A DNA stretch of 64,000 bases from Bacteroidales bacterium (GTDB lineage: Bacteria > Bacteroidota > Bacteroidia > Bacteroidales > VadinHA17), in the NCBI GenBank assembly GCA_046706305.1, contig JBJKPQ010000188.1, positions 3,202 to 67,201 of the forward strand, read 5' to 3'. Below, one piece after another: positions 1-9,225 of this stretch. The stretch's first letter is position 1. Every line of letters begins with the position of its first letter. Under the pieces are notes generated by a model, which made no database searches, was not told where the DNA came from, and was given only the letters and a program-made list of their open reading frames with translations. The translations under genes were made by a program, and so were the position numbers.

Positions 1-2144
1 TACTTAAGGAGTTTTCTATAAATCACCTGATGGGACTGACTCCGCTGATACCGGGAGGTGAACCCCAGACTGAACATTTCACAACAGGCAGTTTCAGACC
101 CTACCTGATCGTGCTTCTTCCTGCACTGGGAGGTCTTCTGGCAGGTTTCCTGATATTCAAATTTGCTCCTGAGGCTGAAGGGCACGGTACTGATGAAGCT
201 ATAAAGGCTTTCCACCGTAAAAGAGGCCTTATAAGGCCGGCAGTCCCCATTGTAAAGTTATTTGCATCAGTTATCTCAATTGGTACGGGTGGCTCGGGAG
301 GTCGTGAGGGTCCTATTGCCCAGATAGGTGCAGGTTTCGGTAGCTTCCTGTCATCGAGGCTCAACCTCGATGTTAAAACAAGGAGATGGCTTCTGGCCGC
401 CGGAATGGGGGCAGGTATTGGCAGTATATTCAGGGCTCCTCTTGCCGGTGCCATTTTTGCTGCGGAAGTTCTTTATTCTTCGGCTGAAGTGGAGGCAGAG
501 GTTCTACTTCCTGCTGCTGTTTCATCAATAATCGCATTTTCAATATATTCATTCAGGTACGGATGGGAACATATACTGACAAATGCCGGTCAACACGGAT
601 TCAATCAGCCAATTGAGCTTATACCCTATACCATAGAAGCTCTTGTCCTGGCATTTGCCGCCCTGATCTTCGTAAAATCTTTTTACGGAGTAAGGAAAGC
701 TTTTACACAATGGAATATTCCGCAGTTCATGAAACCTGTCATTGGCGGTTTATTGACCGGGATAATTGTTCTTACGCTTATCCTTGTTACAGGCGACAGA
801 ACTTACACAATTGATGTAATGGGAGGAGGATACGGAATATTACAGGATATAGTGCAGAACGGGATCAAAAACACAGGCGTAATGATTCTTATTCTGGTAG
901 CTATAGGTAAGATTCTTACCACGTCTTTTACAATAGGATCGGGAGGAAGCGCAGGTGTATTCGGCCCTTCCATGGTTATTGGAGGTACTGTGGGTGCTGC
1001 TTCAGGATACCTTCTGCAGTTCATTTTCCCGGGAATGACTCTCTATCCTTCGACATTTGCAATTGTAGGTATGGCGGGGTTTTTCGCGGCAGCAGCCAAT
1101 ACTCCTATTTCAACCATTATTATGGTAAGCGAGCTTACGGGCAATTATGAACTACTGATGCCAAGTATGTGGGTATGTACCCTTTCATTCCTGGTAGCAA
1201 GAAAATGGAGTATATACCAGAGCCAGGTTCCGGGGAGAATATATTCACAGGCCCACTTTGGAGAGTATGCTCATGACATCTTCCGGACAATAACAGTAAG
1301 GGAAACATATAACAGGCATAAGAATAACATATCGCTCGATGAAAACATGCCCCTGGAAAATATCCTGAAGATCATGAAAGAAACCAAACAAAGGATGTTC
1401 CCTGTTATCAATAAAGAGAAACAGCTTGTCGGTACCTTCTACATAAAAGACCTTCATAATATGCTTCAGCAACCCGATCATAACATAAAAACCGTTTCGG
1501 ACATAATGCAAAGACATATTCTTAAGATAGGTCTTAACGAGACCATAGACAGGGCACAGGAAATTATGTTGCATAACCATGTTGACGAACTCATTGTAAC
1601 GAATGAATTTGAAAATCCGTCTGCTGTACTCGGCATTATTACAACAGCCGATTTGATGAAAGCCTATAACAGGGAAATGAACCGGCTGAAATACGGTAAA
1701 GATAAGCCGGAGGCCCTGCCGGGAGACGAATCACTACTTAAGCAGATAAACCTTAACAAGGTTCTTGAAAGAGGGTTCCTGACCGTGGAGCCGAATGCAA
1801 CCCTGGGTGATCTTGTCAATATCTTTACCCAGGCCAGGCGAAACATTTTCCCTGTCGTCGATAAAGAAGGCCATTACCTGGGGATAGTCTCCCTTAATGA
1901 TATCAGGAAGCTGTTATTTGATACTTCAAAATATGATACCGTAAAGATCGGAGATATAATGGTAACAACTCCCGAGGTAGTTCACATTGAAGACAGGATG
2001 GACCAGGTAATGAACAAGCTGGAAAAGACAAAGACATGGAATCTGCCGGTAATAGATAACCGCCACAGGTACGTGGGAATGGTATCGCAGTCAACCCTGT
2101 TCTATTTTTACCGTAACCAGCTTCTTTACCAGACAGAGACCTGA
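1..2144 (+). CDS. ClC-family chloride channel/antiporter with four C-terminal CBS motifs; 5' end probably lies upstream of the window
   Basis: ClC motifs GHGTDE, GGSGGREGP and GSAGVFGPS sit in a multi-TM N-terminal half, with four CBS-like units in the last ~280 aa. The frame stays open from nt 3 to the listed ATG at 30. The helix that normally precedes the first motif is absent, so the gene is likely cut by the window edge. Confidence 0.85.
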   Translation, partial: LKEFSINHLMGLTPLIPGGEPQTEHFTTGSFRPYLIVLLPALGGLLAGFLIFKFAPEAEGHGTDEAIKAFHRKRGLIRPAVPIVKLFASVISIGTGGSGGREGPIAQIGAGFGSFLSSRLNLDVKTRRWLLAAGMGAGIGSIFRAPLAGAIFAAEVLYSSAEVEAEVLLPAAVSSIIAFSIYSFRYGWEHILTNAGQHGFNQPIELIPYTIEALVLAFAALIFVKSFYGVRKAFTQWNIPQFMKPVIGGLLTGIIVLTLILVTGDRTYTIDVMGGGYGILQDIVQNGIKNTGVMILILVAIGKILTTSFTIGSGGSAGVFGPSMVIGGTVGAASGYLLQFIFPGMTLYPSTFAIVGMAGFFAAAANTPISTIIMVSELTGNYELLMPSMWVCTLSFLVARKWSIYQSQVPGRIYSQAHFGEYAHDIFRTITVRETYNRHKNNISLDENMPLENILKIMKETKQRMFPVINKEKQLVGTFYIKDLHNMLQQPDHNIKTVSDIMQRHILKIGLNETIDRAQEIMLHNHVDELIVTNEFENPSAVLGIITTADLMKAYNREMNRLKYGKDKPEALPGDESLLKQINLNKVLERGFLTVEPNATLGDLVNIFTQARRNIFPVVDKEGHYLGIVSLNDIRKLLFDTSKYDTVKIGDIMVTTPEVVHIEDRMDQVMNKLEKTKTWNLPVIDNRHRYVGMVSQSTLFYFYRNQLLYQTET

Positions 2145-2167
2145 CATATCTGTGTTTTACAGCCGAC

Positions 2168-2725
2168 TCAGTATATAAAAGGTATGATCTTTTTCCTTGT
2201 TGAGCAAAACCTGAAATAATCTTCCCCGAATTCTTTTTTAAGAAGCGCCTCCTCAACACTGATCCTGTAATTAAGGCCGAGGAAGACCGGAACGATTAAT
2301 ATCAAAAAGGATGCAACACTGTTCATTGCCAGTCCCAGCCCTGCCAGAATAAGCAGGAGGCCTGAATAGGAAGGATGCCTGAGGTATTTATACATACCTC
2401 CTGTTTCCAGCTTATGATCCCTGTTTACAACAACATCCACCGTGAACCTGTTCCTGAGTTGAATGATTGACTTCCACCTGATAATTAATCCCGACAGATA
2501 CATTATCATTCCGGCAAGAGCCATTACATAATTTCCCGTAGTGCGGATACTGTAACTGGCAGTGCTGAAACCCACTGTAATACAGCTGATCATAAGAATC
2601 CAGAGTACCAGCAGGGAACCCTTGTCGTCCTTTGTCTTAACTGATACGGATTTTGAATGTCTGAAGATTGTAAGAGCAAGTTCTGATATCCCGAAAAAAA
2701 CCGACAGATATATTAATACATGCAT
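2168..2725 (-). CDS. ICMT/PEMT-family membrane methyltransferase (isoprenylcysteine carboxyl methyltransferase-like)
   Basis: Polytopic membrane protein. C-terminal signature GGMYKYLRHPSYSGLLL ... EEALLKKEFGEDY is typical of the ICMT/phospholipid methyltransferase fold. Confidence 0.75.
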   Translation of the reverse strand: MHVLIYLSVFFGISELALTIFRHSKSVSVKTKDDKGSLLVLWILMISCITVGFSTASYSIRTTGNYVMALAGMIMYLSGLIIRWKSIIQLRNRFTVDVVVNRDHKLETGGMYKYLRHPSYSGLLLILAGLGLAMNSVASFLILIVPVFLGLNYRISVEEALLKKEFGEDYFRFCSTRKKIIPFIY

Positions 2726-2738
2726 AATTAATCAGTTT

Positions 2739-3233
2739 TTAGTTTAATTCTTTCTTAAGATTAACTCTCACGGCCCAGCCGTAAGAGGTTGAAGTTGAAA
2801 TACCTATACCTGTTACTCTATCGCTGAAGCTTTTAAGTGATGACCTGTTCAGTTTTGTATCCACTGTAATAAGAAAATCAGCTTTCCCGTCGCAGTTATA
2901 ATCAATTGAATCCTTAATAACCACGGGGATCGTGCCCTTCCATTCAAGCTGAATAAATCCATCCTTCCTGTCATTTATCAATCCTTTAAAGACCGGTCTT
3001 CTTACTTCGAGTGTACAACAATCATTTACTGATTCATACATTCTTTCACCACCGCTGTAACGTGGATGTATCTTCATAAAAGGCGCCCGTGCAAGTGCCC
3101 CGGAAAGACTGTTAAGACCGGGGAAGAGCATTAATATAATCAACATGCCGGCAAATGCCCATATAATGCCTGCTGTTTTTTTTATCTTCTTCATGAGAAC
3201 AGTTATCTTGTTTTTCATAGTCTTTGAGTGCAT
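2739..3233 (-). CDS. Hypothetical N-terminally membrane-anchored protein with a small extracytoplasmic domain
   Basis: One hydrophobic helix (GIIWAFAGMLIILMLF) is followed by ~120 aa of beta-rich-looking sequence. A single DxNxDGxxD-type motif (DYNCDGKAD) is present. The start ATG overlaps the upstream stop (TAATG). No family recognised. Confidence 0.5.
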   Translation of the reverse strand: MHSKTMKNKITVLMKKIKKTAGIIWAFAGMLIILMLFPGLNSLSGALARAPFMKIHPRYSGGERMYESVNDCCTLEVRRPVFKGLINDRKDGFIQLEWKGTIPVVIKDSIDYNCDGKADFLITVDTKLNRSSLKSFSDRVTGIGISTSTSYGWAVRVNLKKELN

Positions 3234-4387
3234 TATCGAATTATAAGCTTAAAAAGGCTCTGCAGTGTATTGATTATTGATCCGGCTGAAAAGACAGCCA
3301 TGAACAGGAAAGAGACAAAGAGAAATAGGTTCCTCGAGAATTTCTTCATCGTACCGGCAGGTACTCCCTTAATACCGAAATGGATGGCTTTCTTTGAACA
3401 GGCATCCGTACACTTTCCGCATTTACTGCAAAAGACCGATACCCTGCCATTTCGAATATCGTCTGCTGTTATTGCAAACATCGGACAGACATCGACACAT
3501 CTGTAACATTCGTTACATAACTCTTTATCTATCCTGACGGTAAATGGAGTTATACTGTTTGAAAGGCTGTTGATAGCTCCCAGGGGGCAAAGGTAGCTGC
3601 ATTGTGTCCTTTTTTTTGTCATAAGTGGGAGCACAACTACAAGACCGGCAAACAGGCTGAAGAAAATTCCGGCTTTGGTTGCCGATTCTACTGATGTAAC
3701 CTGCTCAAACTCGGTAACTGCCTTAAACGGGCATATCCAGTCGCAATATGTAGGGATAAGTGACAGGGCAGCCGTAATTGCAACCATAAAGAGTACCGAA
3801 AAAGGCATCCACCTCCAGATAATATTTATATTCCTTATATACGGTTTCCTCCGGAAACGTGAAAATGCATCATCCCAGCCACCATAGAAACAACCCCAGC
3901 TACAGAAACCACGCCCCAGCACAAGGGTTGCCAGAGCCCAGAGAATCACCATGGAAGAGATATTTGCAAAACCATTAAGAATGCTGCCGGGGAAAATCAG
4001 GGATTTGGATACGGCTGCCGGTATTATCATCATAGGAATAACCAGGTGGCAAAAAGGTATTTTACATTCAAGTATGTCTGCCTGTGAGAATGACATTGAA
4101 TGTCTTATGGCTATCATATTTTTTATAAGTGAAAATGATAATGTCAGTGCAAAGATCACAAACAACACTACCCTGTACCTGTCTGTCTTTCCGGTATAGT
4201 GCATAAGGAAATAAAGGATGTTTACAAGAAGAAATGCCGTAATAAGGGCAAATGAATAAGATGGGTCTGAAAAATCAGGCCTCCCTCCCGTCATTAGCAT
4301 GAACGTCAGCATAAACATCGGGAATGCATAGAGCAATGATTTGCCGAAGGATTTTTGCATGCCATTTGTTTTTAAAGCTTTATCCAT
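3233..4387 (-). CDS. NapH/MauN-like integral-membrane 4Fe-4S polyferredoxin
   Basis: Several TM helices plus the cysteine motifs CKIPFCH, GRGFCSWGCFYG, CDWICPF and CSYLCPLG. Two classical ferredoxin motifs follow at the C-terminus: CNECYRCVDVCP and CSKCGKCTDACS. Confidence 0.75.
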   Translation of the reverse strand: MDKALKTNGMQKSFGKSLLYAFPMFMLTFMLMTGGRPDFSDPSYSFALITAFLLVNILYFLMHYTGKTDRYRVVLFVIFALTLSFSLIKNMIAIRHSMSFSQADILECKIPFCHLVIPMMIIPAAVSKSLIFPGSILNGFANISSMVILWALATLVLGRGFCSWGCFYGGWDDAFSRFRRKPYIRNINIIWRWMPFSVLFMVAITAALSLIPTYCDWICPFKAVTEFEQVTSVESATKAGIFFSLFAGLVVVLPLMTKKRTQCSYLCPLGAINSLSNSITPFTVRIDKELCNECYRCVDVCPMFAITADDIRNGRVSVFCSKCGKCTDACSKKAIHFGIKGVPAGTMKKFSRNLFLFVSFLFMAVFSAGSIINTLQSLFKLIIR

Positions 4388-5003
4388 TGATTATACCTCC
4401 TATAATATTTGTTATACCTTTTATCATGAATATTATACCTGCCAGCCCTGTCGCCAGGATACCTATCGTCCTGATTACTTCCTTCCCCTTAATTCTCCCT
4501 GCCAGCGGCAGGGGGATGAACCACAGTGAAGAACCTGCAAAAAAAGCTGCAAAAGCCAGGTAGCTGCCTGCCAGAGTTCCCTCAGTCGCGCTCTTTGTGA
4601 GCAGGATAAACAAAGCGGGACAGAATCCGATGCTGTTGACAATTCCCAGCATTACCGGGACAAGTCTCTTCTTATTAATGGCGGCTGTTAACCGGGCCGG
4701 GCATGAAGCCTTTCGTCCCCTGTCAATACTGTAGAGAACAAGCATGACGGCAAAAATCACATAAAGTGAACCGGGAACAATCTTACTCACAACAGGACTG
4801 GTAAACAGGGTACGGCCTGAAAACCAGGCCAGGGTACCCATTAACAGGTAGACAATAAAACGGGTCGCAAGAAAAAGAAGAAGCTCTTTGCCTGATTGCC
4901 TTACCCCGGCTGAGTCAGCCACAAAATAGGGAAACATGACCATTCCACAGGTAACAAGACAGGCAGATCCGGAGCTAAGACCAAGTATGAAAGCATCAGC
5001 CAT
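4380..5003 (-). CDS. DsbD_2 / TauE-SafE-like integral membrane protein with a cysteine pair in TM1
   Basis: About 6 TM helices. The N-terminal GLSSGSACLVTCG motif resembles the G..G..C...CG motif of DsbD_2-type membrane proteins. Further cysteines occur in SCPARL and GFCPALF. Family assignment is by recollection only. Confidence 0.45.
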   Translation of the reverse strand: MADAFILGLSSGSACLVTCGMVMFPYFVADSAGVRQSGKELLLFLATRFIVYLLMGTLAWFSGRTLFTSPVVSKIVPGSLYVIFAVMLVLYSIDRGRKASCPARLTAAINKKRLVPVMLGIVNSIGFCPALFILLTKSATEGTLAGSYLAFAAFFAGSSLWFIPLPLAGRIKGKEVIRTIGILATGLAGIIFMIKGITNIIGGIING

Positions 5004-5019
5004 AATCAGTTTTTGATAA

Positions 5020-5027
5020 CAAAATTA
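5020..5027 (-). promoter_or_regulatory. Bacteroidota -7 promoter box (TAATTTTG on minus strand) for the 5003-2168 operon
   Basis: Plus-strand CAAAATTA is TAATTTTG on the minus strand and matches the TAnnTTTG consensus. It lies 17 nt upstream of the ATG at 5003. Confidence 0.4.
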
Positions 5028-5161
5028 CGGGCGGCCCTATTACGCAGCAAGCTAAATGTGATCAACAAATCATTAATGTGGCGATCTGTTAAAGAGCCGG
5101 GGCAAAATGCTGAAAACAGGGATGAAAGGATATTTTATACCGAGGTACCCCAGGTTTATAT

Positions 5162-5983
5162 TTACCTGATAAGAGCGGAAATCTCTTTTGCCTTGTTTCT
5201 TGATACGGGCACAGGATCATTCTGTGTATTGAGCCTGATCTTCATATTCTGGTTATGACCGGTGATATTTTTTGCATAATCCATATTCACGATATAACAT
5301 TTATGGCACCTTATAAACTTACTGTTTTTCCCTAGCTCTTCCTCAACCGATTTAAGAGTCCCTCTTATGGTTGTTTTGGCTGTGGTACCATCTTTAAATG
5401 TCACTACAGTGACATAATTATCATTAGAAGCCAGGTAAACAATATCACGGGGGTTCATCCTGAGCTCATTTTTCGGATTACCTCCCCTGATAATAACTTC
5501 ATCTTCCCAGTAGTCGGGTTCAATGGAAGCTTCTTTCAGCCTGGTACGATACATCCTGTTAAATGAAACCATATAAGTGAGGGTAACAGGAATAAATCCT
5601 ACCAGTATGGCTGTCCATACCGAATACAAAAGATAAATAAAGGAAAAGGAAAGGCGGAAGATGATTGTAATATAAATGTAATTAACCCCGCCTATGCTCG
5701 ATGCAATGAGGAGGTCCCATAAAAGGTTTTTACCGAAAGTCCACCTGTCATGATTAATCACTGCAGGCTCAATAAGGTATTTAAACAGGAGTAGCATAAA
5801 AGTTGTAAGTACGCCAAAGCCCAGTGTCACAGCCAGAAGAATAAATGTCTTGAGGTTAGCCAGGCCAAAGGGCCTGAATAAAAAGAGGAACAGGAAGATA
5901 AAGAGGCCGAAGACCAGGATTGATGTAATCTTCTCCTTTGGTGTACCTGTCTCCCTGTAGGGTCTTTTTAAAAATCCTGCCAT
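5162..5983 (-). CDS. Membrane-bound LytTR-family DNA-binding protein (no receiver domain)
   Basis: About 4 N-terminal TM helices, then a C-terminal LytTR domain (IVYLASNDNYVTVVT ... FIRCHKCYIVNMDY). Confidence 0.7.
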   Translation of the reverse strand: MAGFLKRPYRETGTPKEKITSILVFGLFIFLFLFLFRPFGLANLKTFILLAVTLGFGVLTTFMLLLFKYLIEPAVINHDRWTFGKNLLWDLLIASSIGGVNYIYITIIFRLSFSFIYLLYSVWTAILVGFIPVTLTYMVSFNRMYRTRLKEASIEPDYWEDEVIIRGGNPKNELRMNPRDIVYLASNDNYVTVVTFKDGTTAKTTIRGTLKSVEEELGKNSKFIRCHKCYIVNMDYAKNITGHNQNMKIRLNTQNDPVPVSRNKAKEISALIR

Positions 5984-6000
5984 ATCAGATTAGTTACAGG

Positions 6001-6008
6001 CAAAGCTA
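6001..6008 (-). promoter_or_regulatory. Candidate -7 promoter box (TAGCTTTG on minus strand) for the LytTR gene
   Basis: Plus-strand CAAAGCTA is TAGCTTTG on the minus strand (TAnnTTTG). It lies 18 nt upstream of the ATG at 5983. Confidence 0.35.
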
Positions 6009-6036
6009 TATAATATTTTGAAATCTGGTATGAGGT

Positions 6037-7599
6037 TCAGCCGGAACCTTTCATCAGCCTTGCCACAGCTTCGGCACTCCTTGTTCCGTCGACAGCTGAT
6101 GATACAATACCTCCTGCATAACCTGATCCCTCACCGCACGGATATAATCCTTTTATGCTTATATGCTCCATAGTAACAGCATCCCTGGGTATACGCAATG
6201 GTGAAGAGGTACGCGATTCCACACCCAGAACAACAGCATCATTGGTAAGAAAGCCATGCATCATTTTTCCAAACAGGGTGAATCCGGTTCGCAGGCGGTC
6301 ACTTATACCACGAGGCAGCCATTCACTGATCTGAGAAGGTGTTGCACCGGGGAAATAAGATAAGGGAGGCAGAGATGAAGATTGCTTTCCCGAAATGAAA
6401 TCCATAAGCCTCTGAGCCGGTGCTTTTTGAGTCATTCCCCCGTTTATCCAGGCCCTGTGTTCTATATCCGCCTGGTATTCAAGACCTGCAAACACACCTG
6501 CTCTGTTATAAGCAGCCAGGTCGTCCGGTTTTATCTCCACCACAATACCGGAATTGGCGTAAGGCGAATTCCTTCCGGAAGGAGACATTCCATTTACAAC
6601 AACCTCCTCCTGACTGGTGGCGGAGGGGACGATAAATCCACCCGGACACATGCAAAAAGAATAAACTCCCCTGCCGTCGACCTGTTTCACCAGGCTATAA
6701 GAAGCGGCAGGCAGGAACTCTCCCCTGGCCGATCCGTGATATTGAATCATATCTATGAGTTCCTGGGGATGTTCAACCCTTACTCCCATGGCAAAGGATT
6801 TCATCTCCAGTACTATATTGCGCGAACGGCAAATATTGTAAATATCCCGTGCAGAATGGCCGCTTGCCAGGATAACAAAGTCCGATCTGATAATTTCATT
6901 ACCTGCTGTAGCAACACCCCTCACAGAGTTGCCTTCAATAAGAATGTCGGTCACCCTTTTACCAAGCAGAAAAATTCCTCCGGCGTCAACGATAGATTTT
7001 CTAATACTGGAAATGATACGCGGCAGCCTGTCTGTTCCAAGATGTGGATGAGCTTCATAAAGTATGTTCGAATCTGCGCCATGGTAACGCAGCAGCTCCA
7101 GAACCCTCGTATTGTCACCCCTTTTTTTTGACCTGGTATACAGCTTACCGTCGGAATAGGTACCGGCTCCTCCTTCGCCGAAACAATAGTTGCTGTCGGG
7201 GTCGACAACATGCTCACGGCTTATCCTGGCAATATCTCTTTTCCTGGCAGAAACATCCCGTCCTCTTTCAATTATTACCGGGCGCAAGCCCAGCTCGATA
7301 AGCCGGAGAGCGGCGAAAAGACCTGCTGGTCCGGCCCCAACTATTATCACTTCCCGGGCAGTGCCGACATCCAATGGTTGGAAAGGAAGGGGTGCAGATA
7401 TTACCGGGTCGGTGTCGTCATAAACTTCAACACTCAGGTTAATACGTATATTCTTTTTACGTGCATCGACAGATTTTCTTATAATTCTGACAACACTGAT
7501 ACTGTGCTCATCGATACCTGAAAGCCGTGCTGCCTCCCGGCGTACAAGCGATTCGTCGGCAGCAGCAGACGGACTCAGATTTAACTGAACCTGTTTCAT
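6037..7599 (-). CDS. FAD-dependent oxidoreductase (uncharacterised FAD-dependent dehydrogenase family)
   Basis: Dinucleotide-binding motif VIIVGAGPAGLFAALRL. Typical length and a C-terminal GEGSGYAGGI motif. Confidence 0.75.
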   Translation of the reverse strand: MKQVQLNLSPSAAADESLVRREAARLSGIDEHSISVVRIIRKSVDARKKNIRINLSVEVYDDTDPVISAPLPFQPLDVGTAREVIIVGAGPAGLFAALRLIELGLRPVIIERGRDVSARKRDIARISREHVVDPDSNYCFGEGGAGTYSDGKLYTRSKKRGDNTRVLELLRYHGADSNILYEAHPHLGTDRLPRIISSIRKSIVDAGGIFLLGKRVTDILIEGNSVRGVATAGNEIIRSDFVILASGHSARDIYNICRSRNIVLEMKSFAMGVRVEHPQELIDMIQYHGSARGEFLPAASYSLVKQVDGRGVYSFCMCPGGFIVPSATSQEEVVVNGMSPSGRNSPYANSGIVVEIKPDDLAAYNRAGVFAGLEYQADIEHRAWINGGMTQKAPAQRLMDFISGKQSSSLPPLSYFPGATPSQISEWLPRGISDRLRTGFTLFGKMMHGFLTNDAVVLGVESRTSSPLRIPRDAVTMEHISIKGLYPCGEGSGYAGGIVSSAVDGTRSAEAVARLMKGSG

Positions 7600-7605
7600 A
7601 AAATC

Positions 7606-8352
7606 CTATTCAAAATAGAAAGAAAGGACCCAAATCTGGGATTTGATTTTCTCGATGGCATTATAAAATTCCGAATGACCCGGAGCTGCCTGCTTGACAA
7701 GTATGTCGGAGAGCCCGTTGGACATTTTTACTTCGACCGACATCTTAAAATACGGGAGATAGAAATCCAGCCCGGCTCCCATCTCATAATAAAGGTCAGG
7801 ACGCTTGATTCGTATATAGACCGGCTTTGTATCATCGAATTCCTTCTTCCCGGCAAGGTCATACCTGTAATTAAGCCCGGTAATCACGTATGGCCTTATG
7901 TTGTTAAGCCTCTCTCCCTTAAACTTGAGAAGAAGGGGAAATTCGAGATATGACGATTCAAGCTTTTGCTGATCATTGTAAAGTACACCATTCTTGTAAT
8001 AACGTATTACCCTCTGACCGAAAGAGACACCCGGCAGAAACCTTATGTCAAGGAACCTGGCCGGCCTCAGATCAGTCACAATTTGTATGTTTATACCCGG
8101 GTTAAGCTTACTTACTTCAGGATAGAGTGAATCAGTCCTTAGGTAAGTCTGCGATGGAGTTATTTTATAATCCATTGTATTAAATCCCAGGCTGAATCCG
8201 AAATGAAGGACCTTTTCATCATACCATGAAGAGTTCTTAGGCTTCTGTTTCTGGGCATAAGCGCCAAGATGGATAAGCAGAAAGACAGAAACTAGGGCTA
8301 TATGAAGGTTCCTGGTTCTCAAAGAAGGTTTACGTTTATGGTTAAGTGCCAC
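7606..8352 (-). CDS. porT: PorT/SprT-like outer-membrane beta-barrel protein (T9SS-associated family)
   Basis: Signal peptide, alternating beta-strand pattern and an aromatic C-terminus (LSFYFE). It sits immediately downstream of ubiE, a synteny I recall for porT/sprT in Bacteroidota. A generic OMP_b-brl family is the alternative. Confidence 0.5.
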   Translation of the reverse strand: MALNHKRKPSLRTRNLHIALVSVFLLIHLGAYAQKQKPKNSSWYDEKVLHFGFSLGFNTMDYKITPSQTYLRTDSLYPEVSKLNPGINIQIVTDLRPARFLDIRFLPGVSFGQRVIRYYKNGVLYNDQQKLESSYLEFPLLLKFKGERLNNIRPYVITGLNYRYDLAGKKEFDDTKPVYIRIKRPDLYYEMGAGLDFYLPYFKMSVEVKMSNGLSDILVKQAAPGHSEFYNAIEKIKSQIWVLSFYFE

Positions 8353-8379
8353 AAGATAATAAACTGTATTGACAAATAA

Positions 8380-9114
8380 TTATTGCATTTCCTTTTTAAT
8401 ACCGGTATAAATACTGGCTATACCTCCGGTCAGTCTCACCTGGCCGGTATCATTATAACCGGCTTTTTCCATGATCTCAAGGAATATCTTATTCTCGGGA
8501 AACTGCATCACCGATTCCGGGAGGTACTTATATGCCGAGTGGTCCTTTGAGAATAACTTTCCAAAAAAGGGGAGTATACGGAGAAAATAGAAGTTATAGA
8601 TATGCCTGAACGGAAAGCCCGACGGTTTGGAGAATTCAAGGACAAGTACCATGCCACCGGGACGCAATACCCTGAACATCTCTTCCAGTCCCTTAAGCGG
8701 ATCAGCAAAATTTCTTACACCGAAAGCCACCATGGCCACATCAAACATATTATCCTTAAAAGGAATATTTTCCGAATCGGCCTGGACAAGCTCAATGCTT
8801 TCCGAAAGACCTTTCTTCCTTATCTTTTCCCTGCCTATCTCCAGCATGTTGGCCGAGATATCAATGCCTGTTATCTTTCCGGGAGACAGTCTCATGGCTG
8901 TTATTGCAAGATCTGCAGTGCCGGTGGCAACATCCAGGATACGTGGCTTACTGTACCTTGCCCCGATCATTTTAATTGCTTTCCTGCGCCATCTCCTGTC
9001 GATGCTGAAAGAAAGAAAATGATTAAGAAAATCATATCTCCAGGCTATGGAATCAAACATGTTCTCCACAACCGCTTTCTTATCTTTCTTTTGATTTTCC
9101 TGGTTACCTGCCAT
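8380..9114 (-). CDS. ubiE: Demethylmenaquinone / ubiquinone-menaquinone C-methyltransferase UbiE/MenG
   Basis: MFDSIAWRYDFLNH signature and SAM motif ILDVATGTADLA. The start is moved to MAGNQEN (9114) because a -7 box lies at 9128-9135 and the 22-aa extension is Cys-rich junk. Confidence 0.9.
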   Translation of the reverse strand: MAGNQENQKKDKKAVVENMFDSIAWRYDFLNHFLSFSIDRRWRRKAIKMIGARYSKPRILDVATGTADLAITAMRLSPGKITGIDISANMLEIGREKIRKKGLSESIELVQADSENIPFKDNMFDVAMVAFGVRNFADPLKGLEEMFRVLRPGGMVLVLEFSKPSGFPFRHIYNFYFLRILPFFGKLFSKDHSAYKYLPESVMQFPENKIFLEIMEKAGYNDTGQVRLTGGIASIYTGIKKEMQ

Positions 9115-9127
9115 ATAATTGAAAATG

Positions 9128-9135
9128 CAAATATA
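9128..9135 (-). promoter_or_regulatory. Candidate -7 promoter box (TATATTTG on minus strand) for ubiE-porT-FAD oxidoreductase
   Basis: Plus-strand CAAATATA is TATATTTG on the minus strand. It lies 14 nt upstream of the ATG at 9114. Confidence 0.4.
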
Positions 9136-9225
9136 GCATGTAAGGACGTCGCATGCAACGTCCATGCAACCATCGGTCAATATATTTTCTTATTTTTACA
9201 TCTTTAATTAAACTATCGGACAAAC

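Noticed and set aside
5013-5258. 81-aa plus-strand ORF between the LytTR gene and the redox operon
   Set aside because: It overlaps the LytTR gene 3' end in antisense and covers the minus-strand promoter region. It has no motifs.
6382-7131. 249-aa plus-strand ORF inside the FAD-dependent oxidoreductase gene
   Set aside because: It is fully antisense to a well-supported gene. The composition is low-complexity and Arg/Ser/Cys-rich with no motifs. This is a typical shadow ORF.
8602-9207. 201-aa and 131-aa plus-strand ORFs antisense to ubiE
   Set aside because: These are shadow ORFs opposite a gene with unmistakable UbiE motifs. They have no start context or promoter box.
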